DNA of 64,000 bases from positions 1 to 64,000 of IMG/VR virus record IMGVR_UViG_3300033233_000009. One strand, given 5' to 3'. How positions within the stretch are numbered: the stretch's first letter is position 1; every line of letters starts with the position of its first letter. Both the position numbers and the translations under genes were made by a program. The notes under the pieces were generated by a model, which worked only from the letters and a program-made list of their open reading frames with translations, ran no database searches and was not told the origin of the DNA. This DNA comes from a virus. Shown in pieces: positions 27,991 through 37,343 of the stretch.

Positions 27991-28532
27991 GCGCAACGCT
28001 ACCATTCCCTTCAGCCGCGCCGCCGCCGTTCACCGTCGGCCGGTTCTTCGGTCCACAAACCACGATCGACAAGATGCGGGAGCTGTGTCTCGGCGCGCGG
28101 GGTGAGCGGTCGATCGTGCTCTACCAGCTCACCGAGCACGTGGTGCGCTGGCTGCAACCCAAGGACTACCTCTCCGAGATTCTCGCGGTCCGCAACTTCG
28201 TCGCCGAGAAGGTCCGCTACAAGAACGACCCGCTCGCGATGGAGACGATCTCCGACCCGCAGCGGCTCGCGGAGCAGATTCTCCAGTACGGCCAGGCGAC
28301 AGCCGACTGTGACGACATCGCGCTTTTGGTCGCCACGATGGCGCGGCAGCTCGGGCGCGAAGCGGAGTTCGTCACCGTAGGCTTCGGCGCGCCCAACAAC
28401 TTCAGCCACGTGTTCGCGCGCGTGAAGGAGCCGAAGTCCGCCCGCTGGCTAGTGACCGACAGCGTTGCGGGGACAAGAGAAGCCGCGATGCTCGCGCGTG
28501 TCACGACCTGGAAGTCTTGGAAAATCGACTGA
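27987..28532 (+). CDS. Transglutaminase-like cysteine protease (candidate virion maturation enzyme)
   Basis: Cys-His-Asp triad: ADCDDIALL, FSHVFARV, WLVTD; also VRYKNDP...E. Confidence 0.8.
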   Translation: MSATLPFPSAAPPPFTVGRFFGPQTTIDKMRELCLGARGERSIVLYQLTEHVVRWLQPKDYLSEILAVRNFVAEKVRYKNDPLAMETISDPQRLAEQILQYGQATADCDDIALLVATMARQLGREAEFVTVGFGAPNNFSHVFARVKEPKSARWLVTDSVAGTREAAMLARVTTWKSWKID

Positions 28533-28560
28533 GACCGCAACCGCGAGGAACCCCATCACC

Positions 28561-29310
28561 ATGAGCTACGTCGCTTCCCTCGGACAGGATTACGATCGCC
28601 GCCCCCCGAGCGATCCGAAGCAGTACTCCGCCTGCGCGACCAAGGCGCAGCACGACGCGGCGCACGCGGCCTGCAAGCCGTACGAGCTGCGCGGGCTCGG
28701 GCTGCTCGACCTCGCCACGGCGAATCCGTGCTGGGTCGAGACGCTTCCGATCTGTCCGCCGCCCGTGCTGCACGCCGCGCCGATGCCCACGCGCCCCACC
28801 GTGGACTGGGCGGCGCTCGCCAAGTACGCCGCCGCGGTGAAGGCCGCGAACGACAAGCGGGCTTCCGACCTGCTCGCGTACGCGCAGGCGGTGCGCGACG
28901 TGAAGGCCCGTGCCGACCTCCTCGCCTACGTGGCCGCGGTGAAGGCCGCGAACGACAAGCGCGCCGCGGATCTGCGCGCGTACGCGGCGGCCGTCCAGGC
29001 GCGAGCCGCCCTGCCGCCCGCGGTGAAGGCCAAGACGCCTCCGCCCCCGCCGCCGCCCAAGACCCCGCCCCCGCCCGCGAAGCCCCCGGCGCTGACCAAG
29101 CCCCCGCCGGGTGCGCCCCCGCCCCCGAAGCAGACGCCGCCGCCCGCGCCGCCCCCGGGAGCACCCCCGGAAGTGGTCGCGCCTTCCGAGGAGGACGAGC
29201 CGGCGCCCGTCGCCCAGGCGGGCTTCGGCACGGGCGGGCTGCTTGCCGCCGCGGCGGTGCTCGCCGTCGGTGGGTGGCTGATCTTCGGCCGAAAGAAGAA
29301 GGCCGCGTGA
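28561..29310 (+). CDS. Tail-anchored membrane protein with Ala-rich repeats and a Pro-rich stalk
   Basis: GLG; PPVLHAA..DWAALAKYAAAVKAANDKR repeats; TM followed by RKKKAA. Confidence 0.8.
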   Translation: MSYVASLGQDYDRRPPSDPKQYSACATKAQHDAAHAACKPYELRGLGLLDLATANPCWVETLPICPPPVLHAAPMPTRPTVDWAALAKYAAAVKAANDKRASDLLAYAQAVRDVKARADLLAYVAAVKAANDKRAADLRAYAAAVQARAALPPAVKAKTPPPPPPPKTPPPPAKPPALTKPPPGAPPPPKQTPPPAPPPGAPPEVVAPSEEDEPAPVAQAGFGTGGLLAAAAVLAVGGWLIFGRKKKAA

Positions 29311-29362
29311 GGCTCCCTGCACGAAAGTCGCAGCGTTCCGCGAAGCAAGGTAGGTTCCAGCC

Positions 29363-30130
29363 ATGAGCAGGTATCCCACGTACCCCAGCCAGCCGTTTAC
29401 TGGGGCGCCGCCGTCGATGTGGTCGGACGTGAACCGGGCGAGCGACACGCGCTACTCGTCCAGCACGGCGCCCTACTACCAGGCGCTCATCGACAAGGCG
29501 CATGGCCGCCACCTGGCTGGCACCGACGACGAGGTGCAGGACGAGAAGCAGGAGTCGGGCTACGCGCTCAACGAGCTGCGGCTCATGGCCGAGATGGACG
29601 ACGTGCAGAACAACGGGGTGTTCGACAACCCCGAGGCGACGCCGCCGAACATCCACAGCGACGCGGGCGTGTTCTCGGTGCGCTTCAGCCTGCCGGGCTA
29701 CCTCGCCCGGGAGCGCATGTTCCACCCGAGCGAGGTGCGCGACGTGACCACGGGGCGCCCCATCGTGGTCGTGCCGAACAGCCCGATCGCGTACGACACG
29801 AGCGCGCAGGTCGCATTCATCGAGCGCGGGCTGAACCAGCCGTTCGGCCCGGTGGTGCAGCAGACCTCGCGCGGCGACATGCCGTACCAGTCGATCGTGA
29901 ACGTCATCCAGAACCCCGAGCCGATCAAGACGGGGCCCCCGGCGTCGGGCTTCGGGCTCGACCTCACCTCGGTGCTGCCGATGGTGACGGACGGGAAGAA
30001 GGCGGCGCTGCTCGCAGGTGGCGCGGCGGTGGTCGCCGGTGCGCTCTGGTACTTCCTGAAGGGACCGGGTAGCCGCAAGACGATGGTGAGCAACCGCAGT
30101 CACCGCGGGACGTCGCGGAGGAAGCGCTGA
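29363..30130 (+). CDS. Tail-anchored putative virion protein
   Basis: GFG, C-terminal TM, then the basic tail MVSNRSHRGTSRRKR; TAGGTT 6 nt before the ATG. Confidence 0.8.
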   Translation: MSRYPTYPSQPFTGAPPSMWSDVNRASDTRYSSSTAPYYQALIDKAHGRHLAGTDDEVQDEKQESGYALNELRLMAEMDDVQNNGVFDNPEATPPNIHSDAGVFSVRFSLPGYLARERMFHPSEVRDVTTGRPIVVVPNSPIAYDTSAQVAFIERGLNQPFGPVVQQTSRGDMPYQSIVNVIQNPEPIKTGPPASGFGLDLTSVLPMVTDGKKAALLAGGAAVVAGALWYFLKGPGSRKTMVSNRSHRGTSRRKR

Positions 30131-30132
30131 AC

Positions 30133-30669
30133 ATGACGAACGGACTCGGCGAATACTTCGGACCGCAGATGCAGCAGGCCGCTGCTGGCTCGCCCGCGCT
30201 CGACCCGTATCCGACGCGCACTTCCGTCCGGCAGCGGCCCGAGGCGCTGCCACCGACGAACGGGACCGGCGAGTACTTCGCGCAGAACGGCATGGGCGCG
30301 TTCGGCCCCGGCGTGATGGGAGGCATGGGCGCCTACAACATGGGCCCTGTCGGGCCGCGGCCGCGTGGCGCGTTCCGCAAGGTCGCGAGCAAGGTGTCGC
30401 CGCTCGCGGGCGCGCTCGGGGACGCTTCCGACGTGATCAGCGACGCGAAGGCGGGCGTCGTGACCGGCGTGGCCGCTGCCACGACGCTGACGGCGCTGCT
30501 GCTCGGGATGGGACTCCGGTTCGGTGCGGGCTGGATCGTCGGCAAGGCGCTCGCGCCGAGCCGTGCCGAGGAGCGCGCCTACACCTGGGGCGGCGCCATC
30601 GCGAGCGTGGTCTTCGGAAGCGTGGGGCTCGGCGTCGAGGCACTCGTCGCCCAGAACATGAAGAAGTGA
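30133..30669 (+). CDS. Membrane protein with GEYF/GLG motifs
   Basis: MTNGLGEYF, NGTGEYFAQNGMGA; C-terminal hydrophobic segments. Confidence 0.8.
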   Translation: MTNGLGEYFGPQMQQAAAGSPALDPYPTRTSVRQRPEALPPTNGTGEYFAQNGMGAFGPGVMGGMGAYNMGPVGPRPRGAFRKVASKVSPLAGALGDASDVISDAKAGVVTGVAAATTLTALLLGMGLRFGAGWIVGKALAPSRAEERAYTWGGAIASVVFGSVGLGVEALVAQNMKK

Positions 30670-30675
30670 CTACCC

Positions 30676-33600
30676 ATGCGTCTCGGTCCGCTCTCCTACC
30701 AGTCGGCGTTCGATCTGCTCAGGGCGAAGGGCTACCAGCCCGTGCCCGGTAGCTCGCGCTTCGAGGACGCCGCGGGGCGCACCGGCCGCATCGTCGAGGC
30801 CGAGGGCCGTGGCGACACGTGGTACGCCGAGGCGGAGGAGGGCGACGCGGACCTGGCGCGCGTGGGCCAGCCCTGCCCGGAGTGCGGCACGGCGATGATC
30901 GACTACGGCGCGCACGGGACGACGTGCCCCCGGTGCGCGGAGGCGGAGGAGCGCGTGCTCGCGGGCGAGTTCGACCCGGCGGTCGTGCCGGGGTACGAGG
31001 AGAACGCCGGAGGGACGTTCGCCGAGGGCTTCGCAGCGGGCCGGCGGGACCGCGAAGCGAGTCACGTCCGGCAGCTTTGCACGACGGGCACGGGCGAGCG
31101 GCCGCCCGTCGTGAAGCGCCAGGGCCGCGACTACTACCACGGGTACAAGGCAGCGGCCGAGGGCGCCACGAGCGAGCCGTCGGCCTACCTCGCGTACCGC
31201 GCGAAGCACAGAGGGATGAGCGGCATGGCGGCGAACGGACAGCCGGGCGACGAGTACGAGTCGAACGCGCGGCGCGGCGCCCAGGCCAGTAAACCTGGGC
31301 GTCACGGCACGCTGTATCTCTGGAGAGTCACCTATCGCGACACCATTGACCCCGGCTTCGGCGAAAGCTCGGTTCTCAAATGGGCGTACGACAAGCAGCA
31401 CGTGTGGGACGTGTTCAACGAACAGGTCAACGCAGAAGGCGAGTCGTGGGAGATCGTCAAGATCGATCCTGCCGCTGCGAAGGAGTACGAGGCGAACGCC
31501 TCGCGCCGCGATCCGGTCGAGACTCTGACCGACCCGGAAGCCGTGAAGGCTGTCCTGCGGAGCCTGCGCGTCAAAAGCGGCCTGACAAGCACCAGTGCGT
31601 CGCTCGGCGGAAAGTGGTCTATCCGGTTCGGGTACAACCGGGACCACTCGCAGTTCACGACGACGCTGACGCACTTCGGAGCAAGCAAGTCCATGACCGT
31701 CGGGCTGCTGCCGGAGGACGTGGAGACGCGCAGCAAAGGCCAGTGGATGACGAGCAATACCTACAGGTTGACGGAGCCGGCGATCGAACGGCTGGCCGAG
31801 CAACTGGTCCCCGCGATGCGGAACTTCGACGCGAAGTACGCGGCGGGCATGGCGGCGAACCCGGAGCGCGGGACGACCATCACAGCGGCAGAGGTCAGCG
31901 CTCTGCCGGTCGGATCGATCCTGTGGGCGGACCATCGAGGCTGGGTCGTGGTGCCCGGCGGAATCGCACCGATCAGCCTCCTCACTGAACGGGCAGGTGG
32001 GCGGGTGCCGGACGGTGAACCGGCTGGAACCATCAGCCCGAACTTCGAGGTGGTGCGCGAGGGCAACGGTAAGGTGCCGACCTACGGCACGGCGCAGCGG
32101 CACGTGATCGCCTGGTACCAGGGCCGGCGTGCGACCCCGAACCCCGTGCACCTCGCGCTCGATGGCAACTTCTCGTTCGGAATCGGAACGAAGGACGACA
32201 CGCACATGAAGAAGAACGCGGCAGCCAAGGGCGAAGTGATCTGGGAGGACAACCTGCTGACGTGGACCTCCGCCGGAGTGGACAAGCTCGGCAATCCGCG
32301 CGGTCTCAACATGACCGCGACCCCCGAGGGCCGCGTGCTCGCGCAGGACATGCTGGCGGAGCGCCAGACCGGACGCCGCCGCGGTATCCTCGCCGAGCAG
32401 GCGGACTTCTTCGACGTCGCCATGGGCAACGGCTGGCAGTACGTCCCGCCGGAGGGCATCGGTGCGCTGACCGACGCGACCATCGTCAGCATGGACGGCT
32501 TCATCGGCGACGACGGCAAGTGGTACCCGCATCCCGACGTGGAGGAGCCCGTCGTGTACGCCCACATGAACTACGAGGTCGAGGACCCGATCGAGTCGTG
32601 GGCGGAGGGCAAGCCGGTGTTCTGGCAGGCCGAGACGATCGAAATGACACCGGAGGGCCGGGCCGCTGCCCTGGAGGAGCTGGCGAGCGCCACGGGGGAG
32701 GCGTACGAGCCGAACGCGCGCAAGAACGTGACCGCGGTGATCAACGCCTTCATGGAAGGGCGCCGCCTCGGCGGGACGACCGTCAGCACGGACGGGCAGC
32801 AGATTTTCTCCTACGCGATGCCGATCGCGGGCTGGGGTGCGGGCGGCGTGGTCGTGCTGGACGCGAAGGCCGCGCCGAGCCGAACGACCGCGAGCCACAT
32901 TCGCGCGGTCCAGTCAGCGATGCCGGAGGCGCGCGTCGTGGCGGCGCTCGATCCGCCCGCCGAAGGGCATTCTGCCGGGCGAAGGCCCCTCGGCTGGGAG
33001 CCGATGCGGGCGAACGCTGCAATCGACGCTGACAAGATCAAGGCCGCGCTCAGGATGGTGCACCACGCCGAGCGTACGTCCACCAACCCTGGCGGAAAGG
33101 ACCGGGCCGTCGCCTATCGGCAGGCCGTGCGGGACTACGGGCTGAACGACGCGGAGGCCGACATCCTTGGGAACGCGCTGCATGTGTCCGCGCACGAGCG
33201 GAACGCGCGTGGCAGCAAGCCGTGGTTCGGACAGGACCAAGGCAACGTCGGGCACTGGGCCTACGCGATCAAGATCGACGGCATCGAGAACGACTTTCCG
33301 CTCAAGCCCCTGGGGCGCCAGGAGGAGTGGCCAGCGGTACGAGCCTTCCAGGCGTCCGCGCGTACCACGTGGATCAATGCCAAGCACGACCGCTCCGGCG
33401 GGATGAACAGCGTCAAGCGATTCGTCAAGTCGGAGCCACGTCCAGACCAGTTCTACGCGAAGTGGTCACCGGGCGATGACAGCTTCCAGATTTGGTACAC
33501 CGTCGGTGAGGCCGCAGAGAGTCACACCCCCAACTGGGGCCTGATGCTCGATCTGGGCGGTGTGGAACGCCGCCTCGGCGCCGACCATGTGGCCGCGGTG

Positions 33601-33759
33601 CTCGGGAGCGTCACGCCGCACGCGGTCGCGCTCGGTCTGGCGAACGACGCCCTGGACGCGAACGACGTGAAGCGGCACGAGGCGTACACGTCGCTCGCGC
33701 GCATGATCGACGACGGTGACCTCGACGACCTGATCGCGTCGGCGCGAGGGCGGGCCTGA
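30676..33759 (+). CDS. 1027-aa multidomain polyprotein-like protein punctuated by [YHM]xxN motifs
   Basis: About 11 recurrences (YEENA, MAANG, YESNA, YEANA, MAANP, ATPNP, MKKNA, YEPNA, MRANA, HERNA, HTPNW) separating dissimilar segments. Confidence 0.85.
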   Translation: MRLGPLSYQSAFDLLRAKGYQPVPGSSRFEDAAGRTGRIVEAEGRGDTWYAEAEEGDADLARVGQPCPECGTAMIDYGAHGTTCPRCAEAEERVLAGEFDPAVVPGYEENAGGTFAEGFAAGRRDREASHVRQLCTTGTGERPPVVKRQGRDYYHGYKAAAEGATSEPSAYLAYRAKHRGMSGMAANGQPGDEYESNARRGAQASKPGRHGTLYLWRVTYRDTIDPGFGESSVLKWAYDKQHVWDVFNEQVNAEGESWEIVKIDPAAAKEYEANASRRDPVETLTDPEAVKAVLRSLRVKSGLTSTSASLGGKWSIRFGYNRDHSQFTTTLTHFGASKSMTVGLLPEDVETRSKGQWMTSNTYRLTEPAIERLAEQLVPAMRNFDAKYAAGMAANPERGTTITAAEVSALPVGSILWADHRGWVVVPGGIAPISLLTERAGGRVPDGEPAGTISPNFEVVREGNGKVPTYGTAQRHVIAWYQGRRATPNPVHLALDGNFSFGIGTKDDTHMKKNAAAKGEVIWEDNLLTWTSAGVDKLGNPRGLNMTATPEGRVLAQDMLAERQTGRRRGILAEQADFFDVAMGNGWQYVPPEGIGALTDATIVSMDGFIGDDGKWYPHPDVEEPVVYAHMNYEVEDPIESWAEGKPVFWQAETIEMTPEGRAAALEELASATGEAYEPNARKNVTAVINAFMEGRRLGGTTVSTDGQQIFSYAMPIAGWGAGGVVVLDAKAAPSRTTASHIRAVQSAMPEARVVAALDPPAEGHSAGRRPLGWEPMRANAAIDADKIKAALRMVHHAERTSTNPGGKDRAVAYRQAVRDYGLNDAEADILGNALHVSAHERNARGSKPWFGQDQGNVGHWAYAIKIDGIENDFPLKPLGRQEEWPAVRAFQASARTTWINAKHDRSGGMNSVKRFVKSEPRPDQFYAKWSPGDDSFQIWYTVGEAAESHTPNWGLMLDLGGVERRLGADHVAAVLGSVTPHAVALGLANDALDANDVKRHEAYTSLARMIDDGDLDDLIASARGRA

Positions 33760-35405
33760 TGGCGCGCAGGAAGGCTGCTACTCCGCGTCGTGCGGCCCAC
33801 TCCGGCACGACGGTGTCCGGCGTGCTGTACCGCGGGCTCGAACCCGTGCTCGTTCCGATCGCCGTAACGGTCGATCCGGGGCCGCCCGGCTTGCGCGTCG
33901 CCGGCCTCACCGAGTCGCACGCGCGGGAGGCGCGGGTGCGCGTGCTGAGCGCGCTCACCGGGGTGGGCTTTGCGCCCGAGGCGCAGATCACGGTGCAGGT
34001 GCCCCAGGAAGCCGCGACCGCCGCCCGCGCGGCGGGCTACCCCGGACTCGACCTTCCGATCGCACTCGGTGTCCTGGCCAGTCACGGGCTGATCCCGGCG
34101 GAGTCGCTGACGGGCACGCTGGCGGTCGGCGAGCTGGGCCTCGACGGCGGTCTGCGCGCCGTGCGCGGTGCGGCCGTGGCCGCAGTCGGCGCCGACGAGC
34201 ACGGCGCGGAGGTGCTTCTCGTCCCCGCCTGGAACGAACCGGAGGCAACCTTTTCCGGGCACGTGCCGGTTCAGCCGCTCCGCGACCTCGCGGAAGCCGT
34301 GGCCTACATGCAGGAGCGACCCGTCCCGCGCATGCGTGTGCATCGCGAGTTCGCGCCGTGCGGCGGGCAGCCAGTGGCCAGCGATCCGGGTCTGCCTCCC
34401 GAAGCGCTGGTGGCGGTCGAGGAAGGCCGCAACATTCTGCTCGTCGGGCCACCCGGTTCGGGGAAGACAATGGCCGCGCGGTACATCCTCGGGCTGCTAC
34501 CGCCGCTGTCCGCGGACGAGGCGACGGACCTGACGCTGATCTACAGCGTCGCCGGGCTGCTTCAAGGTAACTACGCCTGCGCGCGGCCGTTCCGTGCGCC
34601 GCACCACTCGGTAAGCGAGGCGGGGCTGGTCGGTGGCGGCAACCCGCCGCGGCCCGGCGAGGTGACGCTGGCGCACCGCGGGGTGCTGCTGCTGGACGAG
34701 CTGTCGGAGTTCAGCCGAACCAGCATCGAATCGCTCGCGGGCGCGCTGCGCCACGAGCAGGTGACGCGGGTGAAGTACCCGGCGGCCCCCCTGGTGGTCG
34801 TGGGCGCGGCCAACCCGTGCCCGTGCGGGTACCTCGGCAGCACGCGGGCGTGCCGGTGCAGCGACCGGGCTCGGGCGCTGCACGACGAACGGCTCAACGC
34901 GCTGGCCGAAGCCCTGGGCATGGAGCGGTTCGACATTGGGGCGCTCACCGTCAAGGGAATGCTGGGCGTGCACGCGCCGAACGCGCGGCCCGAGTCAGCC
35001 ATTGCGAAGCGGTGGATGCGGGACAGCCTTGCGAACGACATCCACCACGAGTTCGTGGACGGCATCACCGGCGAGGTCAACCTGACCAAGCTGGCGGAGG
35101 AGTGCGCCATCGCGCTCGGGCACACCGAGTGGCTCGACGACGAGACGCATCCGGTGTGGGACTGGGCCATCGAGGTGACGGACGCGGGCGGCTACGCGCG
35201 CAACGCGAGCGCGCGCTTCGTGAACTGGGACCTCTCGCGGACGCCATCCGGTCTGCTCGAAATCTCCTTGGCCAACGGCGCCGTGCTCTACTACGAGGTG
35301 GGGCCGGCGGACTGGCGCAACACGGGCGGCAGCCGAGTGAGCCCCGCGGAGGAGACGACGATCGACCGCTTCCTGGCGTACGCGCTGGCGCAGGGGGCGG
35401 GCTGA
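33759..35405 (+). CDS. YifB/ComM-like (Mg-chelatase-related) AAA+ ATPase, C-terminally replaced
   Basis: DLPIALGVL, GELGLDG.LR.VRG, GPPGSGKTM, RPFRAPHHS, PGEVTLAHRGVLLLDE, ANPCPCGY; then HAPNA- and YARNA-delimited extra domains. Confidence 0.88.
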   Translation: MARRKAATPRRAAHSGTTVSGVLYRGLEPVLVPIAVTVDPGPPGLRVAGLTESHAREARVRVLSALTGVGFAPEAQITVQVPQEAATAARAAGYPGLDLPIALGVLASHGLIPAESLTGTLAVGELGLDGGLRAVRGAAVAAVGADEHGAEVLLVPAWNEPEATFSGHVPVQPLRDLAEAVAYMQERPVPRMRVHREFAPCGGQPVASDPGLPPEALVAVEEGRNILLVGPPGSGKTMAARYILGLLPPLSADEATDLTLIYSVAGLLQGNYACARPFRAPHHSVSEAGLVGGGNPPRPGEVTLAHRGVLLLDELSEFSRTSIESLAGALRHEQVTRVKYPAAPLVVVGAANPCPCGYLGSTRACRCSDRARALHDERLNALAEALGMERFDIGALTVKGMLGVHAPNARPESAIAKRWMRDSLANDIHHEFVDGITGEVNLTKLAEECAIALGHTEWLDDETHPVWDWAIEVTDAGGYARNASARFVNWDLSRTPSGLLEISLANGAVLYYEVGPADWRNTGGSRVSPAEETTIDRFLAYALAQGAG

Positions 35406-35407
35406 AG

Positions 35408-36295
35408 ATGCCGCGCGTTCGCGTCAATCTGGCGGGGCAACGGTTCGGCAAATGGACCGTCCAGACGTATACCGGCGGCGGCCGGTGGACCTGTCTATGC
35501 GACTGCGGGCAGACGAGAGCCCTCGCGAGTACAACACTCAGCCAAGGGCGCTCCAAGTCCTGTGGCTGCCGCAGGGGCGAGCTGACGAGGCTGCGGAACC
35601 TGACGGCGAACCCAGCGCGGCGTACTCCGCTGGAGAGCCTCGTGGGACGGAGTTTCGCGCGACTCACCGTTATTGGATACGTGAAGGGGGCGAAGTGGCG
35701 GTGCGTCTGCAAATGCGGACGCGAGAGCGTCGTACGCGGTGTTCATTTGAAGAACGGTGCGGTGCGAAGCTGCGGTTGTTACATGATGGAGGTTGCCCTC
35801 GCGAGGGGCGAGCGGCTGCGTGTACCGGAGACGATCAGGAAGCAGCGTGATAAAACGCGCGGAGAGAGGTACCGCGCCACGCAGAGGTTTGCCAAGACTC
35901 GGGCCGAGTACGAGGCGTCGGAGCAAGGAAAGGCCAACCGCAGGAGAGGGTATCTGTCGCCGAAGGCAAAAGAAGCGGCGCGCCGTCGCCGCGCTTTGCT
36001 GGCGGGTTCCGACTCTTGCCTGACAGAGGCGCAGTGGCAGGCCATCGTTGGTCTGTGGGGCTGCTGTGCCTACTGCCTGGAACAAACGAAAGTGACCCAG
36101 GATCACATCGTACCGATCAGCAAACAAGGCTCCGGTGACGCTTGGAATGTGGTCCCCGCGTGCCCCCGCTGCAACAGCGCGAAGCACGTATCGGACGTGG
36201 AAGTGTTCCTGAGACGCAAAGGGCGTGACTCTGTGCAGTTCTGGGACCGCGTCCGAGAAGTTGCTCACGCTATCGAAATGATGGAGGCTGCGTAG
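35408..36295 (+). CDS. HNH homing endonuclease with two Cys-rich N-terminal repeats
   Basis: Two copies of (L.G..F..(W/L)TV...C.C.CG...SCGC); CAYC..TQDHIVP...NVVPACPRCN; lower GC. Confidence 0.88.
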   Translation: MPRVRVNLAGQRFGKWTVQTYTGGGRWTCLCDCGQTRALASTTLSQGRSKSCGCRRGELTRLRNLTANPARRTPLESLVGRSFARLTVIGYVKGAKWRCVCKCGRESVVRGVHLKNGAVRSCGCYMMEVALARGERLRVPETIRKQRDKTRGERYRATQRFAKTRAEYEASEQGKANRRRGYLSPKAKEAARRRRALLAGSDSCLTEAQWQAIVGLWGCCAYCLEQTKVTQDHIVPISKQGSGDAWNVVPACPRCNSAKHVSDVEVFLRRKGRDSVQFWDRVREVAHAIEMMEAA

Positions 36296-36298
36296 CTC

Positions 36299-37339
36299 AT
36301 GTCCTACGGAATCCCGAATCCATACGTCGCGACAACGCACCCGTACCCCTCTCCCGCCACAGGCGGAAAGGGTGGTAGCTGGATCCGCCCCGTACACACG
36401 TTTCCTTACATGCGGTCCGTCCAGAGCGTATTCCTCCCCAGTCATTTCAACGACGGCAACCCGGCGCTCCGCGGGCTCGGTGACGTGAACGCCGCGAACG
36501 GCGTGTTCGGCACGTCGCAGGGTGGCGGCGGCGTGTTCGGGCCGTCGCTGTACGGGCTCGGGGACACAGGCGAGGACATCGACGCCATCGCGGCGTTCAT
36601 CCTGAACAGTCGCACCACCTCGCCGGCTGCCTTCGACGTCCAGACCCACTTCCGCGCCTGGTACAACGGGCTGTACTTCTGGCAGAAGGACGACGACGCG
36701 AAGGCGAAAGCAGAGAACTACAGGAGACAGTTCATCGACGCGAACGCGGTCGTCAGCAAGGCTACGGCGCCGACCAGCACCGCCCCGGCGCCGTCGTTCA
36801 TGCCGATGATCAACGACCCCAACGCGCCGGTCGCGACGAAGGGCCCGACTGCGCCTGCGCTCACGGGCCAGGCCAGTGGCCAGAGTGGCGACCCGCGCGT
36901 GAGCGAGCTTCAGGGCTACCTGAACCGTGTGCTCAAGACGGCGGGGCTGACCGCGCTTGACCAGGATGGCAAGCTCGGCGCGAAGGGCTGCGGCGCCATC
37001 GCGTGGTACCGCGGGCCGGGACGCTCCCTGGCAAGCGCGAGCACCGCGGCGGCGATCGACGCGAACCTCGGTGCGATGGGCGCGATCTACGCCTCGGTCT
37101 GCGCGGTCAAGGGCTCGACCGCGCCGGGCGGCGGGGGCGCCACGACGGTGAAGGCGCCTTCCGTGTACGTGGCGACGCCTCCGGTGGCGACGCCTCCGGT
37201 GGCGACGCCGCCCGTGGCACCTCCGCCGGAGGAGCCCGCGAAGGCGAGCGCCATGGGCGCGGGCACGTGGGCGATGATCGGTGGCGGATTGCTTGCCGTC
37301 GGGCTCGCGGTCGTGGGAAAGAAGAAGGGCTGGTTCTGA
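36299..37339 (+). CDS. Tail-anchored protein with a peptidoglycan-binding-like domain
   Basis: GLGD x2; VSELQGYLN...DGKLGAKGCGA; VATPP repeats; TM followed by KKKGWF. Confidence 0.8.
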   Translation: MSYGIPNPYVATTHPYPSPATGGKGGSWIRPVHTFPYMRSVQSVFLPSHFNDGNPALRGLGDVNAANGVFGTSQGGGGVFGPSLYGLGDTGEDIDAIAAFILNSRTTSPAAFDVQTHFRAWYNGLYFWQKDDDAKAKAENYRRQFIDANAVVSKATAPTSTAPAPSFMPMINDPNAPVATKGPTAPALTGQASGQSGDPRVSELQGYLNRVLKTAGLTALDQDGKLGAKGCGAIAWYRGPGRSLASASTAAAIDANLGAMGAIYASVCAVKGSTAPGGGGATTVKAPSVYVATPPVATPPVATPPVAPPPEEPAKASAMGAGTWAMIGGGLLAVGLAVVGKKKGWF

Positions 37340-37343
37340 TCCC

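Noticed and set aside
33759-35405. Genome-packaging ATPase or a true Mg-chelatase
   Set aside because: The motifs are specifically YifB/ComM-type AAA+, not FtsK/HerA or terminase, and there are no tetrapyrrole genes.
35408-36295. HNH genes (also 27235-27990) as intron-encoded endonucleases
   Set aside because: Both sit between complete genes with only a few nt of spacing; no interrupted host gene or intron core is evident, so they look free-standing.
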